Of a stretch of 64,000 nucleotides of DNA, positions 17,956 to 27,628 are shown one piece after another (position 1 is the first letter of the stretch; each line of letters begins with the position of its first letter). Location of the stretch: the NCBI GenBank assembly GCA_963815115.1, contig CAWFFN010000009.1, forward strand, positions 64,001 through 128,000, in the 5' to 3' direction. A model generated the notes under the pieces. That model saw only the letters and a program-made list of their open reading frames with translations, was not told where the DNA came from and ran no database searches. The translations under genes were made by a program, and so were the position numbers. The stretch comes from an uncultured delta proteobacterium (lineage in GTDB: Bacteria > Desulfobacterota > Binatia > DP-6).

Positions 17956-18738
17956 ATGGCCCGAGAGATCGCGCTCGTCACCGGAGCGTCGAGCGGCATC
18001 GGCGAGGCGCTGGCCCGCCGGCTGGCCCGCGACGGCCTGCATCTCGGGCTCGTCGCGCGCCGCGCGGAGCGGCTGGAAGCGCTCGCCGCCGAGCTGCGCG
18101 CCGCGCACCGCATCGAGGTCCACACGCTGCCCACCGATCTGACCAGGTCCGGCGCGGTGGCCGGGCTGGTCGAGGAGCTTGCGCGCCAGGGCCTGGACGT
18201 CGACTGGCTGGTCAACAACGCCGGCTTCGGGACGGTCGGGCTCTTCCATACCATGCCGGTGGAGCGCGAGCTCGAGCAGATCGCGCTCAACGTCGAGGCG
18301 CTCGTCGAGCTCACCGGACGGCTCCTCCCACCGATGGTGCAGCGCCGGCGTGGCGTGGTGATGAACGTCGCCTCGATCGGGGCCTACCTGCCGAGCCCGC
18401 GCATGTCGACCTACACGGCGACCAAGGCCTTCGTCCTGAGCTTCACCGAGGCCATCGCGGAGGAGCTGCGCGACAGCGGAGTGCGCGTGCTGTGCGTCTG
18501 TCCCGGCGTCACGCGCACCGAGTTCCAGGATCGGGCGAACGTGGAGACCGCGCACGTGCCCGACTTCCTCCAGCAGAGCGCCGAGGAGGTCGCCGACGAG
18601 GCGGTGCGCGCGGTGGGGCACGGCGCCGTCGTGGTGAACGGGCGTCTCAACCGGGCGACGCTCGGGCTGCTCAAGTTCGTGCCGCACGTGCTCGTGACGC
18701 GGATCGCGAGCGGGCTGATCCGGTCGCGGGAGGCGTGA
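17956..18738 (+). CDS. SDR oxidoreductase (DltE-like), copy 1
   Basis: TGASSGIG, NNAG, YTATK. Confidence 0.92.
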   Translation: MAREIALVTGASSGIGEALARRLARDGLHLGLVARRAERLEALAAELRAAHRIEVHTLPTDLTRSGAVAGLVEELARQGLDVDWLVNNAGFGTVGLFHTMPVERELEQIALNVEALVELTGRLLPPMVQRRRGVVMNVASIGAYLPSPRMSTYTATKAFVLSFTEAIAEELRDSGVRVLCVCPGVTRTEFQDRANVETAHVPDFLQQSAEEVADEAVRAVGHGAVVVNGRLNRATLGLLKFVPHVLVTRIASGLIRSREA

Positions 18739-18744
18739 AGCGTC

Positions 18745-19524
18745 ATGGCCGATCCCGTCACCCTGGTCACCGGAGCGTCCAGCGGCATCGGCGAGGCGCT
18801 CGCCCGCCGCCTCGCCCGGGACCGACACGACCTGGTCCTGACGGCGCGGCGGGCCGATCGACTCGAGGCCCTGGCACACGAGCTCGAGGCCGCGCACGGC
18901 ATCAAGACGCACGTCGTCCCCGCCGACCTGAGCCGTCCCGGTGCGCCGACCGAGCTGGTGCAGCAGATCGAGGCGCGCGGGCTCGCCGTGCACTGGCTGG
19001 TCAACAACGCCGGCTTCGGCACGGGGGGACGCTTCGACCAGCTCCCGGTGGAAGGGGAGGTGCAGGAGATCCGACTCAACGTCAGCGCGCCCGTGGAGCT
19101 GACCGGCCGGCTCCTCCCGAGCATGATGGCGCGCGGACGGGGCGTGGTGATGAATCTCTCCTCGATGGCCGGGTTCGGGCCGATGCCGTTCTCCGCGACC
19201 TACGGAGCGACCAAGGCGTTCCTGCTGAGCTTCTCCGAGGCGCTCTCGGTCGAGGTCGCGGGAACCGGCGTGCACATCGTCTGCGTGTGCCCCGGCTTCA
19301 CGCGCACCGAGTTCCAGGAGAAGGCGAAGATCGACGCGAGCGCCCTGCCCGCCTTCGCGTGGATGTCGGCCGAGACCGTGGCCGACCAGGCCGTGCGCGC
19401 CGCAAACCGGTCGGGGGTGCTGGTCAACGGCACCATGAACAGCCTGACGACGGTGTTCATGCGACTCGCCCCGCGCAGCCTGGTGGCCCGGATGGTGGCG
19501 GGGACGATGCGCGGCCGGGCGTAG
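18745..19524 (+). CDS. SDR oxidoreductase (DltE-like), copy 2
   Basis: TGASSGIG, NNAG, YGATK. Confidence 0.92.
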   Translation: MADPVTLVTGASSGIGEALARRLARDRHDLVLTARRADRLEALAHELEAAHGIKTHVVPADLSRPGAPTELVQQIEARGLAVHWLVNNAGFGTGGRFDQLPVEGEVQEIRLNVSAPVELTGRLLPSMMARGRGVVMNLSSMAGFGPMPFSATYGATKAFLLSFSEALSVEVAGTGVHIVCVCPGFTRTEFQEKAKIDASALPAFAWMSAETVADQAVRAANRSGVLVNGTMNSLTTVFMRLAPRSLVARMVAGTMRGRA

Positions 19525-19589
19525 CGGGCGTTCCGGCATCTACGCGTTGGTGACGCACCGAGGCGGTCCGCATACATTCGCATACATAC

Positions 19590-19877
19590 ATGAAGGACGC
19601 GGTGCTGACGGTGCGCTTGGCGATCGTGACCCGCAGGCGACTCGAGGCGCACGCCCGCAAGGAGGGCCGGTCGCTCTCCGCACAGGTGGAGCGCTTCATC
19701 GAGCAGGGGATGGCGCACGGGGGTCGCGGGCCTGCCCGGCAGCGGGGCCTCCGAACCCTCGCGGGTGCGCTTGCGGGAGGAGCCGTCCCGTCGCTGGCCG
19801 ATTTCCGCGAGGTGCGGAAGCTGTTGTCGGCATCGATGCTCCGCCGGACGCGGTCCGATGCCGAGCCTCGTCGCTGA
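19590..19877 (+). CDS. Putative RHH/Arc-like antitoxin
   Basis: LTVRL..RRRLEAHARKEGRSLSAQV. Overlaps the PIN gene. Confidence 0.7.
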   Translation: MKDAVLTVRLAIVTRRRLEAHARKEGRSLSAQVERFIEQGMAHGGRGPARQRGLRTLAGALAGGAVPSLADFREVRKLLSASMLRRTRSDAEPRR

Positions 19878-20251
19878 CACGCACGCGCTCGTCTGGCACC
19901 TCGTCGATCCCCGTCGGCTCGGCAAGGGTGCGCGCCGCGCCATCGCTGCGAGCGACGCCGGGCGGTGGACGTGTCACGTTCCGGCGATCGCTGGTGGAAG
20001 CCTGGCTGCTTCACGAGCGCGGCCGCCTGCGCGTCGGGCCGGCCCAGATACTGGACGCGATCGCAGGGCACCCGGCCTACGCGATCCTGCCCCTGGACGT
20101 CGAGCAAGCGATCGAGTTCGGGGCGCTGCCGACGATCCGCGATCCGATGGACCGCTTGATCGTCTCCGCCGCGCGCGTCACAGGGAGCCGACTGGTCTCC
20201 GGCGACGACGACGCCCTCAGCGGGCATGGTCCCGAGGTCGTGTGGGACTGA
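19858..20251 (+). pseudogene. vapC: VapC/PIN toxin with a frameshift near 19990
   Basis: MPSLVADTHALVW in one frame continues as LVEAWLL..DPMDRLIVSAA..LVSGD in another. Confidence 0.75.
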
Positions 20252-20345
20252 GTGGGACGACTGGCTCGGGACACGCACAGCTACGCGCTCGTCGACGCGA
20301 ACGCGGCCGGGCAGGACCAGCTTCCCTAAAGCTAGAGCTGGCGGA

Positions 20346-21734
20346 TCAGGTCGCGGCCAGCTCGGCCGACATCGGCGGGACCGGCGCCGCCGCGCGCAGG
20401 CGGCGCGCGAGGACGGCGAAGAGCGCCGTCATGGCGACCGCCGACGCCACGTTGCCGGCGGCGATGGTCGTGAAGACCGCGCGCTCGCCCAGCCCCAGGC
20501 CGTTGGTGCAGAGGACGGCCACCGCGAGCACGCCGGCGACGCGCGCGATCGTCAGGACGAGCGGGAGCGTGGCCCGACCGAGGCCCTGGAACGCGAACGC
20601 GACCACCATGGTGACGCCGATGAACGGATACGTCGGCCCGATGATGCGGAAATACTGCATCCCGACGGCATGAATTCCAGGGTCGTCCGTGAACAGGCCC
20701 AGCCAGAGCGTGGGGCGCCACCACACGATCAGCCCGGGGACACCGAGAAACACGACCGCGATCACTGCGGCGCGGGTCACGAAGGCGTGCACGCGATCGA
20801 ACCGGCCGGCGCCCGTCGCCAGCCCGACGAGCGTCAGCACGGCGGCGCCGAAGCCGAAGCCGAACGACATCAGCAGGAAGTCGAGCCGCGTTCCGAGACC
20901 GTACGCCGCGAGGTCGGCCTTGCCGAGGCGGGTCACCACGCCGGTGAGCGCCATCAGGCCGACGTTGCTGACCGACGTCGACAGCGCGGCCGGCACGCCG
21001 ACCCGGAAGATCTCGCGCAGGGGTGCGAGCGTGAAGCGGGCCGATCGGAGCACGGGACGCACCACCCCGCGGCCTCCGAGGACCCAGAACGCGCGCGCCA
21101 CCGTGGCGACGAGCTGGCAGGCGAGCATCGCCAGCGGCGCGCCCACGAGACCCCAGCCGAACACGAACATGAAGAGCGGCGTGCAGGCGATCTGCAGGAC
21201 GAGCGACGTGGTCGACCAGATCGCCGGCACGCGCACGTTGCCCTCGCCGCGGAGCACGCTGTCGAACATGCCGCCGAGGAAGGTGATCGCGGCGCCGCCG
21301 AAGAGGACGCGCCCGAAGATCGTCGCGCTGTCGAGCACCGGCCCGCTCGCGCCCATCAGCCGGAAGAGGACGGGTATGCCGACCTGTGCGGCGAGGCCGA
21401 AGCCGATGCCGATCACGACGCTCACCGCGAGCGCCTGGCCGGCGAGCGCGGCCGCAGACTCCCGGCGTCCGGCGCCGAGCGCTCGCGCCACCGCCGACGA
21501 CGCGCCCGCGCCGATGCCCCCGGCCATCGCCGTGATCGCGAGGAGCGACACGGGAAAGACCAGGGACACGGCGCCGATCGCGTCCACGCCGAGCCGGCTG
21601 ACGAAGTGCGTGTAGAGGATGTTCGAGACCGCGGAGACGGCCATCACGAGCGTCGTCGGTCCGGCGAGGCGGACGACGGCGGCGAGCGGCGCCATCGCCA
21701 GCAGGTGCTCGGGCTCGGAGCGACGGTCCGGCAT
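20346..21734 (-). CDS. MATE family efflux transporter
   Basis: About 12 hydrophobic segments, ARALGAG, VLRGEG, FQGLG. Confidence 0.9.
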   Translation of the reverse strand: MPDRRSEPEHLLAMAPLAAVVRLAGPTTLVMAVSAVSNILYTHFVSRLGVDAIGAVSLVFPVSLLAITAMAGGIGAGASSAVARALGAGRRESAAALAGQALAVSVVIGIGFGLAAQVGIPVLFRLMGASGPVLDSATIFGRVLFGGAAITFLGGMFDSVLRGEGNVRVPAIWSTTSLVLQIACTPLFMFVFGWGLVGAPLAMLACQLVATVARAFWVLGGRGVVRPVLRSARFTLAPLREIFRVGVPAALSTSVSNVGLMALTGVVTRLGKADLAAYGLGTRLDFLLMSFGFGFGAAVLTLVGLATGAGRFDRVHAFVTRAAVIAVVFLGVPGLIVWWRPTLWLGLFTDDPGIHAVGMQYFRIIGPTYPFIGVTMVVAFAFQGLGRATLPLVLTIARVAGVLAVAVLCTNGLGLGERAVFTTIAAGNVASAVAMTALFAVLARRLRAAAPVPPMSAELAAT

Positions 21735-21737
21735 CGC

Positions 21738-22589
21738 TCACACGTCGAGGCGGAACGCGTCGCCCTCGCGCACGACCCGTCCGGCCGACGGCGTCGCGAA
21801 GTGCGTTCCGATGAGCAGCGTGCGCGTCCCCGCGAGCCGCGCCAGGACGTCGCGGCGGGTGCGGATCGTGCGCTCCCGGTCGTGATCGGCAGTCGAGCAC
21901 CAGTCGAGCCGCGCCATCTGACAGGGATGGTGGAGGAAGTCGCCCGTGATGAGCGCCTCCTCGCCCTGCGAGGCGATGCGGACGCTCGAGTGGCCGGGCG
22001 TGTGGCCGAGCGTCGGCATCAGGTCGACCTCCTCGCAGATCCGGTGATCGACGCCAACCAGATCGACGAGCCCCGCGTCGAACACGGGCTCGACCGAGTC
22101 CGCGAACGCCCGCCCGTGGTCGTCGTCCTCTTGCCGGCTCCGCCAGTATTCGAACTCCGTGCGTCCGATCAGGTAGCGGGCCCGGGGGAAGGTCGGCGTC
22201 CATCGACCCCCGACGAACGTCGTGTTCCAGCCCACGTGGTCGACGTGCAGATGGGTGCAGAGCACGACGTCGACCGAGTCGGCTGGACATCCGGCGGCCG
22301 CGAGGTCGTCGAGAAACGGGCCGTGCAATCGGCTCCAGGCCGGGATGCTTCGCTCCTTGTCGTTGCCGATACACGTGTCGACCATGATCCGCCTGGTCGG
22401 GGTTTCGATGACGAGCGCGTGCACGCTCATGCGCAGCCGTCCCCGGTCGTCGATGAAATGGGGATGGAGCCAGCGATGGGGCTGGACAGCCTCGGGCGTC
22501 GCATCTGGCAGGATGAATCGCGACCCGCCCGTCGACTCGATCTCGACGATCCGGGTGATGCGCACGTCGCCGATCCGCCAGCTATCCAT
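21738..22589 (-). CDS. MBL-fold metallo-hydrolase
   Basis: THLHVDHVGWN, GHTPGH, GDFLH, GTHF. Confidence 0.92.
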   Translation of the reverse strand: MDSWRIGDVRITRIVEIESTGGSRFILPDATPEAVQPHRWLHPHFIDDRGRLRMSVHALVIETPTRRIMVDTCIGNDKERSIPAWSRLHGPFLDDLAAAGCPADSVDVVLCTHLHVDHVGWNTTFVGGRWTPTFPRARYLIGRTEFEYWRSRQEDDDHGRAFADSVEPVFDAGLVDLVGVDHRICEEVDLMPTLGHTPGHSSVRIASQGEEALITGDFLHHPCQMARLDWCSTADHDRERTIRTRRDVLARLAGTRTLLIGTHFATPSAGRVVREGDAFRLDV

Positions 22590-22621
22590 GCGTCACGACC
22601 ACGCGCCGTCGAGAGGGCTCC

Positions 22622-24826
22622 CTATCCGCCGTTCGACGTCGGCACGTAGGTCCGGCAGGGCTGCGCGCGCAGCCCCGGACACGGCGGCAGCGTCGGAGGC
22701 GGGACGACGTCGGGGACGACCCCCAGCACGAGCCGCGACGGCCGGCCCCGCGTGCTCGATATCTCGTCCAGGACGGACCCGTCCGTCTCGGCGGTGACGA
22801 ACGTCCAGCGCGTGCGGTCGTCGCCGGGAGCCTCGACGCTGATGCGGATGCGCGAGCCCGCGCGGAAGACGTGGGCGACCGCGAACAGGGCGATGCGAAC
22901 CTTGGAGAACTTCCCCGGGGGCAGCGGGGCGGCGTCGCGCTCGAGGTACGTCGGGCGCGGATCGAGCTTCGACGACCGCTTGCTGTCGAGGTGCCGCATG
23001 CTGGCGCGCAGCCAGCCGCTCTGGACGTAGGCCTCCAGGCCGTCGGGCCGGATCTCGGTGAGCGTCACCTGGAGATCGGTGTCCGCGGCGCTCGAGCGCA
23101 GCCAGAGGTCGACGCTGCCGGGACCGACGATCGTCGTGTCCTCGTCCAGCGGCGGCGTCGAGTAGGCCACTGCCGTGCCGGGTGGGTACGGCCGCCAGTC
23201 GTACGGCGGCATGATGACCCACGAGGAGTCCTGGTCCGTGCCGGGCAGCGTCTGCGCGGGCCGGGCATCGGGGTCGGGATGGAAGCCGTCGATGCCGCCG
23301 TCGCTCGGCCGGGTGCGGTCGAGGGTGCCGCCGGGGCCCATGTACCACACGGACGGGCGCACGTCGGGCACCGGCCAGCGGCGAAACCCGAGCTCGAAGG
23401 TCGGCGCCGGAAGCCCCGGGGTCGATGAGCCGGCGCCGTTCTCCATGAAGATGCGCACCGCCGGATCGGACTCGAACAGTGCGCGTGCCTGCGAGTAGTC
23501 GGTGATACCGTCGAAGCGATCGGCGGGCAGCGGAGGAAGCGGGGCGCCCGGCCCGAGGATCTGGGGATAGATGAACGGTGCGATGGGCACGACGCGGCCC
23601 GGATCGGGGACCTTGCCAGCGACGTAGAGATCGAGGAACGCGATCCAGTTGTAGAGCACGTCCGGCTCGAGCGGGCTCGCGTGCACGCCGTTCTGGAGGT
23701 TGAACTTCACGTCGGGCCGCCGTGGGAAGCGGAACAGCATCGACGCGAAGTCGCCGCCCGTCTGCTCGTCCTGCCACGAATCCGCCAGGAACGTCGGCAC
23801 CTCGATCCTGTGCACCCAGTTGATGGGGGACCGGTTGTCCATCACCGAGGGCGTGTAGAACGGATAGGTCTCCGTCTGCTGCACGGGGTCCTGCGTCTGC
23901 AGGCGGAGGCGCTGGTTTGCGAGACAGGTCTGATCGCCGGCGTTCACGCGGTCGATGGCGTACGGCTGGCCGCCCTGAGGCGCAGGGCGCGCGTCGTTGG
24001 CGCGATCCTGGAGCCACGTCCCCGCGAAGCCGTTGTTGAAGATGCCGCCGGGGAAGCCGGGCGAGCGGTAGATGTCGGCGATGACCGAGAGCGGAGCCAT
24101 CGCCAGCAGGTGTGGCGGCCGCGCGCCGCCGACGAAGAGCTGGGTGATGCCGGAGAACGAGATGCCGATCAGGCCGACCTTCCCGTTCTGGACCCACGGC
24201 TGCGCCGCGACCGCCTCGATCACGTCGTAGCCATCGGCGGTGCTGGGCAGGTCGAACAGATCGAACACGCCGCCCGAGCAGCCGGAGCCGCGCATGTTCA
24301 CGCCGACGGTCGCGTACCCGAGGGCGCTCGCGAGCAGCGACACCGGCTGGGGATTGTTGGGGTCGGCGGTGGCGTAGCCCGAGTACTCGACAACGGTCGG
24401 GAACGGCCCATCGGCCATCGTCTTCCCGAGCGGCGGCCGGACCGTCGCCGCCAGCAGGGTGCCGTCACGCGTCTCGATGTACTGGAGGCCCCCGGTCAGA
24501 CTCTGGCGCTGGTAGAGGCTCGGGTCCGGGGTGTCGTCGAACGACAGGACCGTCACCTGCGCGGAGACGCCGCCAGTGGCATCGCGCACGACGTAGCCGC
24601 CGCCGGGCGTGAGCTCGCGAAAGATCAGGCTCCCGAAGCTGTCGGTCGTGCCGATCCCGACCTGCTTGCCGCGCCGGGTCTCGAGCGTGAGCTCGGTGCC
24701 GGGCGCGGCACCGGTCACGGCGACGAATCCGATGCCTCCCTGGACCGCCACGTCCGCCCGGGCGGGGGCGGTCGCGAGGAGGAAGACGAGGCTCGAGAGG
24801 ACAAGGCAAGGCCATGGGGTCCGCAT
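22622..24826 (-). CDS. Secreted CocE/NonD family serine hydrolase
   Basis: Signal peptide, EYSGY, MRGSGCSGG, GISFSG, C-terminal HVFRAGSRIR. Confidence 0.88.
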   Translation of the reverse strand: MRTPWPCLVLSSLVFLLATAPARADVAVQGGIGFVAVTGAAPGTELTLETRRGKQVGIGTTDSFGSLIFRELTPGGGYVVRDATGGVSAQVTVLSFDDTPDPSLYQRQSLTGGLQYIETRDGTLLAATVRPPLGKTMADGPFPTVVEYSGYATADPNNPQPVSLLASALGYATVGVNMRGSGCSGGVFDLFDLPSTADGYDVIEAVAAQPWVQNGKVGLIGISFSGITQLFVGGARPPHLLAMAPLSVIADIYRSPGFPGGIFNNGFAGTWLQDRANDARPAPQGGQPYAIDRVNAGDQTCLANQRLRLQTQDPVQQTETYPFYTPSVMDNRSPINWVHRIEVPTFLADSWQDEQTGGDFASMLFRFPRRPDVKFNLQNGVHASPLEPDVLYNWIAFLDLYVAGKVPDPGRVVPIAPFIYPQILGPGAPLPPLPADRFDGITDYSQARALFESDPAVRIFMENGAGSSTPGLPAPTFELGFRRWPVPDVRPSVWYMGPGGTLDRTRPSDGGIDGFHPDPDARPAQTLPGTDQDSSWVIMPPYDWRPYPPGTAVAYSTPPLDEDTTIVGPGSVDLWLRSSAADTDLQVTLTEIRPDGLEAYVQSGWLRASMRHLDSKRSSKLDPRPTYLERDAAPLPPGKFSKVRIALFAVAHVFRAGSRIRISVEAPGDDRTRWTFVTAETDGSVLDEISSTRGRPSRLVLGVVPDVVPPPTLPPCPGLRAQPCRTYVPTSNGG

Positions 24827-25045
24827 CGCAGAGGATGTACGAGGGGGGTCGCCATGCTGTCAACGTAAACGCAGGCTCGTGGCCCGCGCCGCTTCCTGCC
24901 ATGGCGGGTGCGCAGCTGAACTGTCGCGGGTCGCTGCCCCCTGCTGGGTGAATCGGCGACGTGTCCTCCGCCGGGGGTCTGGCTGCCCCGACGGCCTCCC
25001 ATCGCCCGCTCGGGCGGGGTGCTACCGCCGAGGAGGTGCCCACGC

Positions 25046-25076
25046 TGTAGCGTCGCTACACCTGGTGTAGCGCCTC
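25046..25076 (+). promoter_or_regulatory. Tripartite TGTAGCG motif, copy 1
   Basis: TGTAGCG-T-CGCTACA-CCTGG-TGTAGCGCCTC, 13 nt upstream of ATG 25090. Confidence 0.75.
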
Positions 25077-25089
25077 AGGGACGACGGTC

Positions 25090-25509
25090 ATGCCGTTGCG
25101 CGCTTCCCGAGGGAACCATGACGGATCGCACGGGCTGATCCGTCGCGAGGGCGACTACTGGACCATCGCCTACGACGGAACCGTCGTGCGCCTGAGGGAC
25201 GCCAAGGGCTTGCGCTACCTCGACCACCTGCTGCGGCATCCGGGACGCGTGTTCCTCGCCGGGGAGCTGCTCATCGCCGTGGGGCGCGCTGAGCGGCGGG
25301 AATCCCAGCCGGAGGGTGCGCCGGGCGTCGTGCCCGGCGCGAGCCCGGAGGCCGAGCGGGTGCGGAAGTCGGTCACCAACCGCATTCGCCAGACCGTGGC
25401 ACGGATCAGAGCAGTGCACGCGGCGCTCGGCCTTCACCTCGGGAATGCCGTCCACACGGGCACGCGGTGCGTCTACACACCGGATCGGCCCACGCGCTGG
25501 TCGGGGTAG
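25090..25509 (+). CDS. Stand-alone C-terminal (putative winged-helix) domain of the STAND regulators
   Basis: RREGDYWT..RLRDAKGLRYL..PG..AERVRKSVTNRIR..LGLHL..TG..CVYTPDRP aligns by eye with the STAND C-termini. Confidence 0.85.
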   Translation: MPLRASRGNHDGSHGLIRREGDYWTIAYDGTVVRLRDAKGLRYLDHLLRHPGRVFLAGELLIAVGRAERRESQPEGAPGVVPGASPEAERVRKSVTNRIRQTVARIRAVHAALGLHLGNAVHTGTRCVYTPDRPTRWSG

Positions 25510-25514
25510 GGGCC

Positions 25515-25545
25515 TGTAGCGTCGCTACAACGATTGTAGCGCCTC
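25515..25545 (+). promoter_or_regulatory. Tripartite TGTAGCG motif, copy 2
   Basis: TGTAGCG-T-CGCTACA-ACGAT-TGTAGCGCCTC. Identical to copy 1 except for the 5-nt spacer. Confidence 0.75.
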
Positions 25546-25729
25546 GGTATCGGGTGGGCGCAACGAGGCGGGAGGCCGCATGTCGAGGTTTTCCGGTCGG
25601 TATGTGCGTCCCTTGTAGAGGAGCTTTGTAGGACATCCAGGAGTTGCAGTGTCAGCTCTTCCTCTTGGGAGCAAGCAGGCCTGCCCGAGCATCCGAACAC
25701 CCCAATCGACGTACGAAGGAGATGATCTC

Positions 25730-27628
25730 ATGCCAGTCGGAAACAATAGCCTTCGCCAGGCGCGATGCATGCTCGCCGTCGTCACCCTCGTGGGACTCGT
25801 GGCTGCTCCGTCGAGCGCCACGGCGCGGCCCAGTGTGTTCACGCCGGCGTTCGCGGTCTCGCACGCTGGCAGCACGTTCCTGACGCTCTCGCTGACCGGC
25901 ACGGGGTTCGGCCGGCCGGGGGGCGGCTCGTTCGTCCGGGTCGTCGGCGTTGCGGGCGGCACCATCGTGTCGCTGCCCCTGCCATCGACGGACCCGAACG
26001 TCGTCATCTGGAGCGACGAGCACGTGGTCGTCAACGTTCGGCAGGATCTGAGCGCGGCCCGGATCGGAGTCGAGACGCCGAGTGGGACGAGCTCGCAGGT
26101 TCGGGCTGACCACTACGACTTCGAGGCGTTCGACACCTCGGCGGCGCTGGGCATCCACACCGGGCCGAACCACCTCGCGCTCGATGCCCAGGGTCGGGTC
26201 TGGATCAATGGGGAATTCCACTCTGGCATCGCCTATTTCGATCCGGTCGCCAATGCCGTGAAGCCGGCATTCTGGCCCCGTGTCCCGGTCCCGGTCTTTC
26301 GGTCGCTCATTGGCGGCGGCAACACGACAGCGTCGGATTGTGGCGAAGATGCCGCCTCGGATTCGAAGGGCCGTGTCTGGATCCCCGAGGGCGGTAGCAG
26401 TGGCCTCGGTCCCCGCAACCACAGTCGGATCGTCGGCTACGATCCGACAGACGGGAAGGTCATCGTCTTCAATCTGCCCGGCGACCAGAACGGCATCAAC
26501 GGCGTCGCCTGGGACCAGGCCCGCAACCGGCTCTGGTTCACGCAGATGGCCCTCCCGGGCGTGCACCCCGGAACGCTGACGAGCTTCGATCCCGACAACC
26601 CCGCCATCCCGCGTGAAGAGTACGCCTGGGACTTCGCCACGGTAGCCGAGTGCACCGGGGGGGTGTGCAGTGACGACGCGGGCCGGAGTTGCTCGCGGTT
26701 CGGCGACTGCATGATCGGGACGTTCGACTTCACGACCTCGGCGACATGCGACGACGGAACGTGCAGCAATGCGCCCTACCACCAGTGCCAGACGGTCGAG
26801 GACTGCGTCTATGCCGACAAGATCTGTCCGCCCGGGGTGGTAGACGACAGCGGGTGCTACCATGACTATCCCCTTCCCCCGGGTAACCTCCAGCCGGCGC
26901 ACCTGGTGGTGCACCCGCGGGACGGCAGCGTGTGGTGGGCAAACTACTTCCTCGGATCGAGCCTCGGCCGGCTCGACCCGGCGACGGGCCAGGTGACAAG
27001 CTTCCCGCTTGCACCGGTGCCGTTCTCGCCCGCCCAGGTGGCCGTCGACAGCCTGGAAGAGACGTTCGCCACGCTCCTCCGGCTCGTGGACGCACCGTGG
27101 GACATCGATGTCGCGTCCAACGGCGACATCGTGGCGACGGAGTTCTCCTCGAACCGGATCGCGCGCCTTCGCGGCTCGCGGGTGGGCGACCCCGGCTGTG
27201 AACGGCTCGCGCCGCCGCGCGGCTCGAGCGTTTCCTGCGCCAGTTCCGCGCAAGCGACCTTCCCGCAGACCCTTCAGCTGGCCGACCCGAGCTGCGTGAA
27301 CCCGTGCATCACCGAAAGCTTGGTGCCGGATACGTGGGTGCCCGATGCGACCGCGCCGCCGTTCACGCACAGACCCGTCACCTCGCTGCTGGGGCTCGCC
27401 TCCGACCGGAGCAAGAATCTCTGGTTCGGGGGAGGCGTCTTCGTGAAGGGCGGGAAGCACTTCGCCCTATTGCCGCCGCTCCTCGCGCTCTACCCGTCGA
27501 GCTTCAGCCCGGGGGATCTCCACGAGGGCGTTGGCGGCGGGATGGCGATCAACCAGGCGACCGGCGAGATCTGGGCGGCGGACCCCGCCGGATTGCGCCT
27601 CAACCGGCTGGTGAAGATGACCCCGTGA
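25730..27628 (+). CDS. Secreted protein: IPT-like N-terminus + Vgb/NHL-like beta-propeller with Cys-rich inserts
   Basis: SD AAGGAG and signal peptide. LTGTGFG..WSD. Blades DAQGRVW, DSKGRVW, DGSVWW..LGRLDPATG, NGDIVATE. Confidence 0.75.
   Translation: MPVGNNSLRQARCMLAVVTLVGLVAAPSSATARPSVFTPAFAVSHAGSTFLTLSLTGTGFGRPGGGSFVRVVGVAGGTIVSLPLPSTDPNVVIWSDEHVVVNVRQDLSAARIGVETPSGTSSQVRADHYDFEAFDTSAALGIHTGPNHLALDAQGRVWINGEFHSGIAYFDPVANAVKPAFWPRVPVPVFRSLIGGGNTTASDCGEDAASDSKGRVWIPEGGSSGLGPRNHSRIVGYDPTDGKVIVFNLPGDQNGINGVAWDQARNRLWFTQMALPGVHPGTLTSFDPDNPAIPREEYAWDFATVAECTGGVCSDDAGRSCSRFGDCMIGTFDFTTSATCDDGTCSNAPYHQCQTVEDCVYADKICPPGVVDDSGCYHDYPLPPGNLQPAHLVVHPRDGSVWWANYFLGSSLGRLDPATGQVTSFPLAPVPFSPAQVAVDSLEETFATLLRLVDAPWDIDVASNGDIVATEFSSNRIARLRGSRVGDPGCERLAPPRGSSVSCASSAQATFPQTLQLADPSCVNPCITESLVPDTWVPDATAPPFTHRPVTSLLGLASDRSKNLWFGGGVFVKGGKHFALLPPLLALYPSSFSPGDLHEGVGGGMAINQATGEIWAADPAGLRLNRLVKMTP

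Noticed and set aside
25046-25545. CRISPR mini-array from the TGTAGCG repeats
   Set aside because: The repeats are 469 nt apart and bracket a gene.
25580-25618. 12-codon ORF MSRFSGRYVRPL with an SD after motif copy 2
   Set aside because: Too short to support without conservation or Ribo-seq data.
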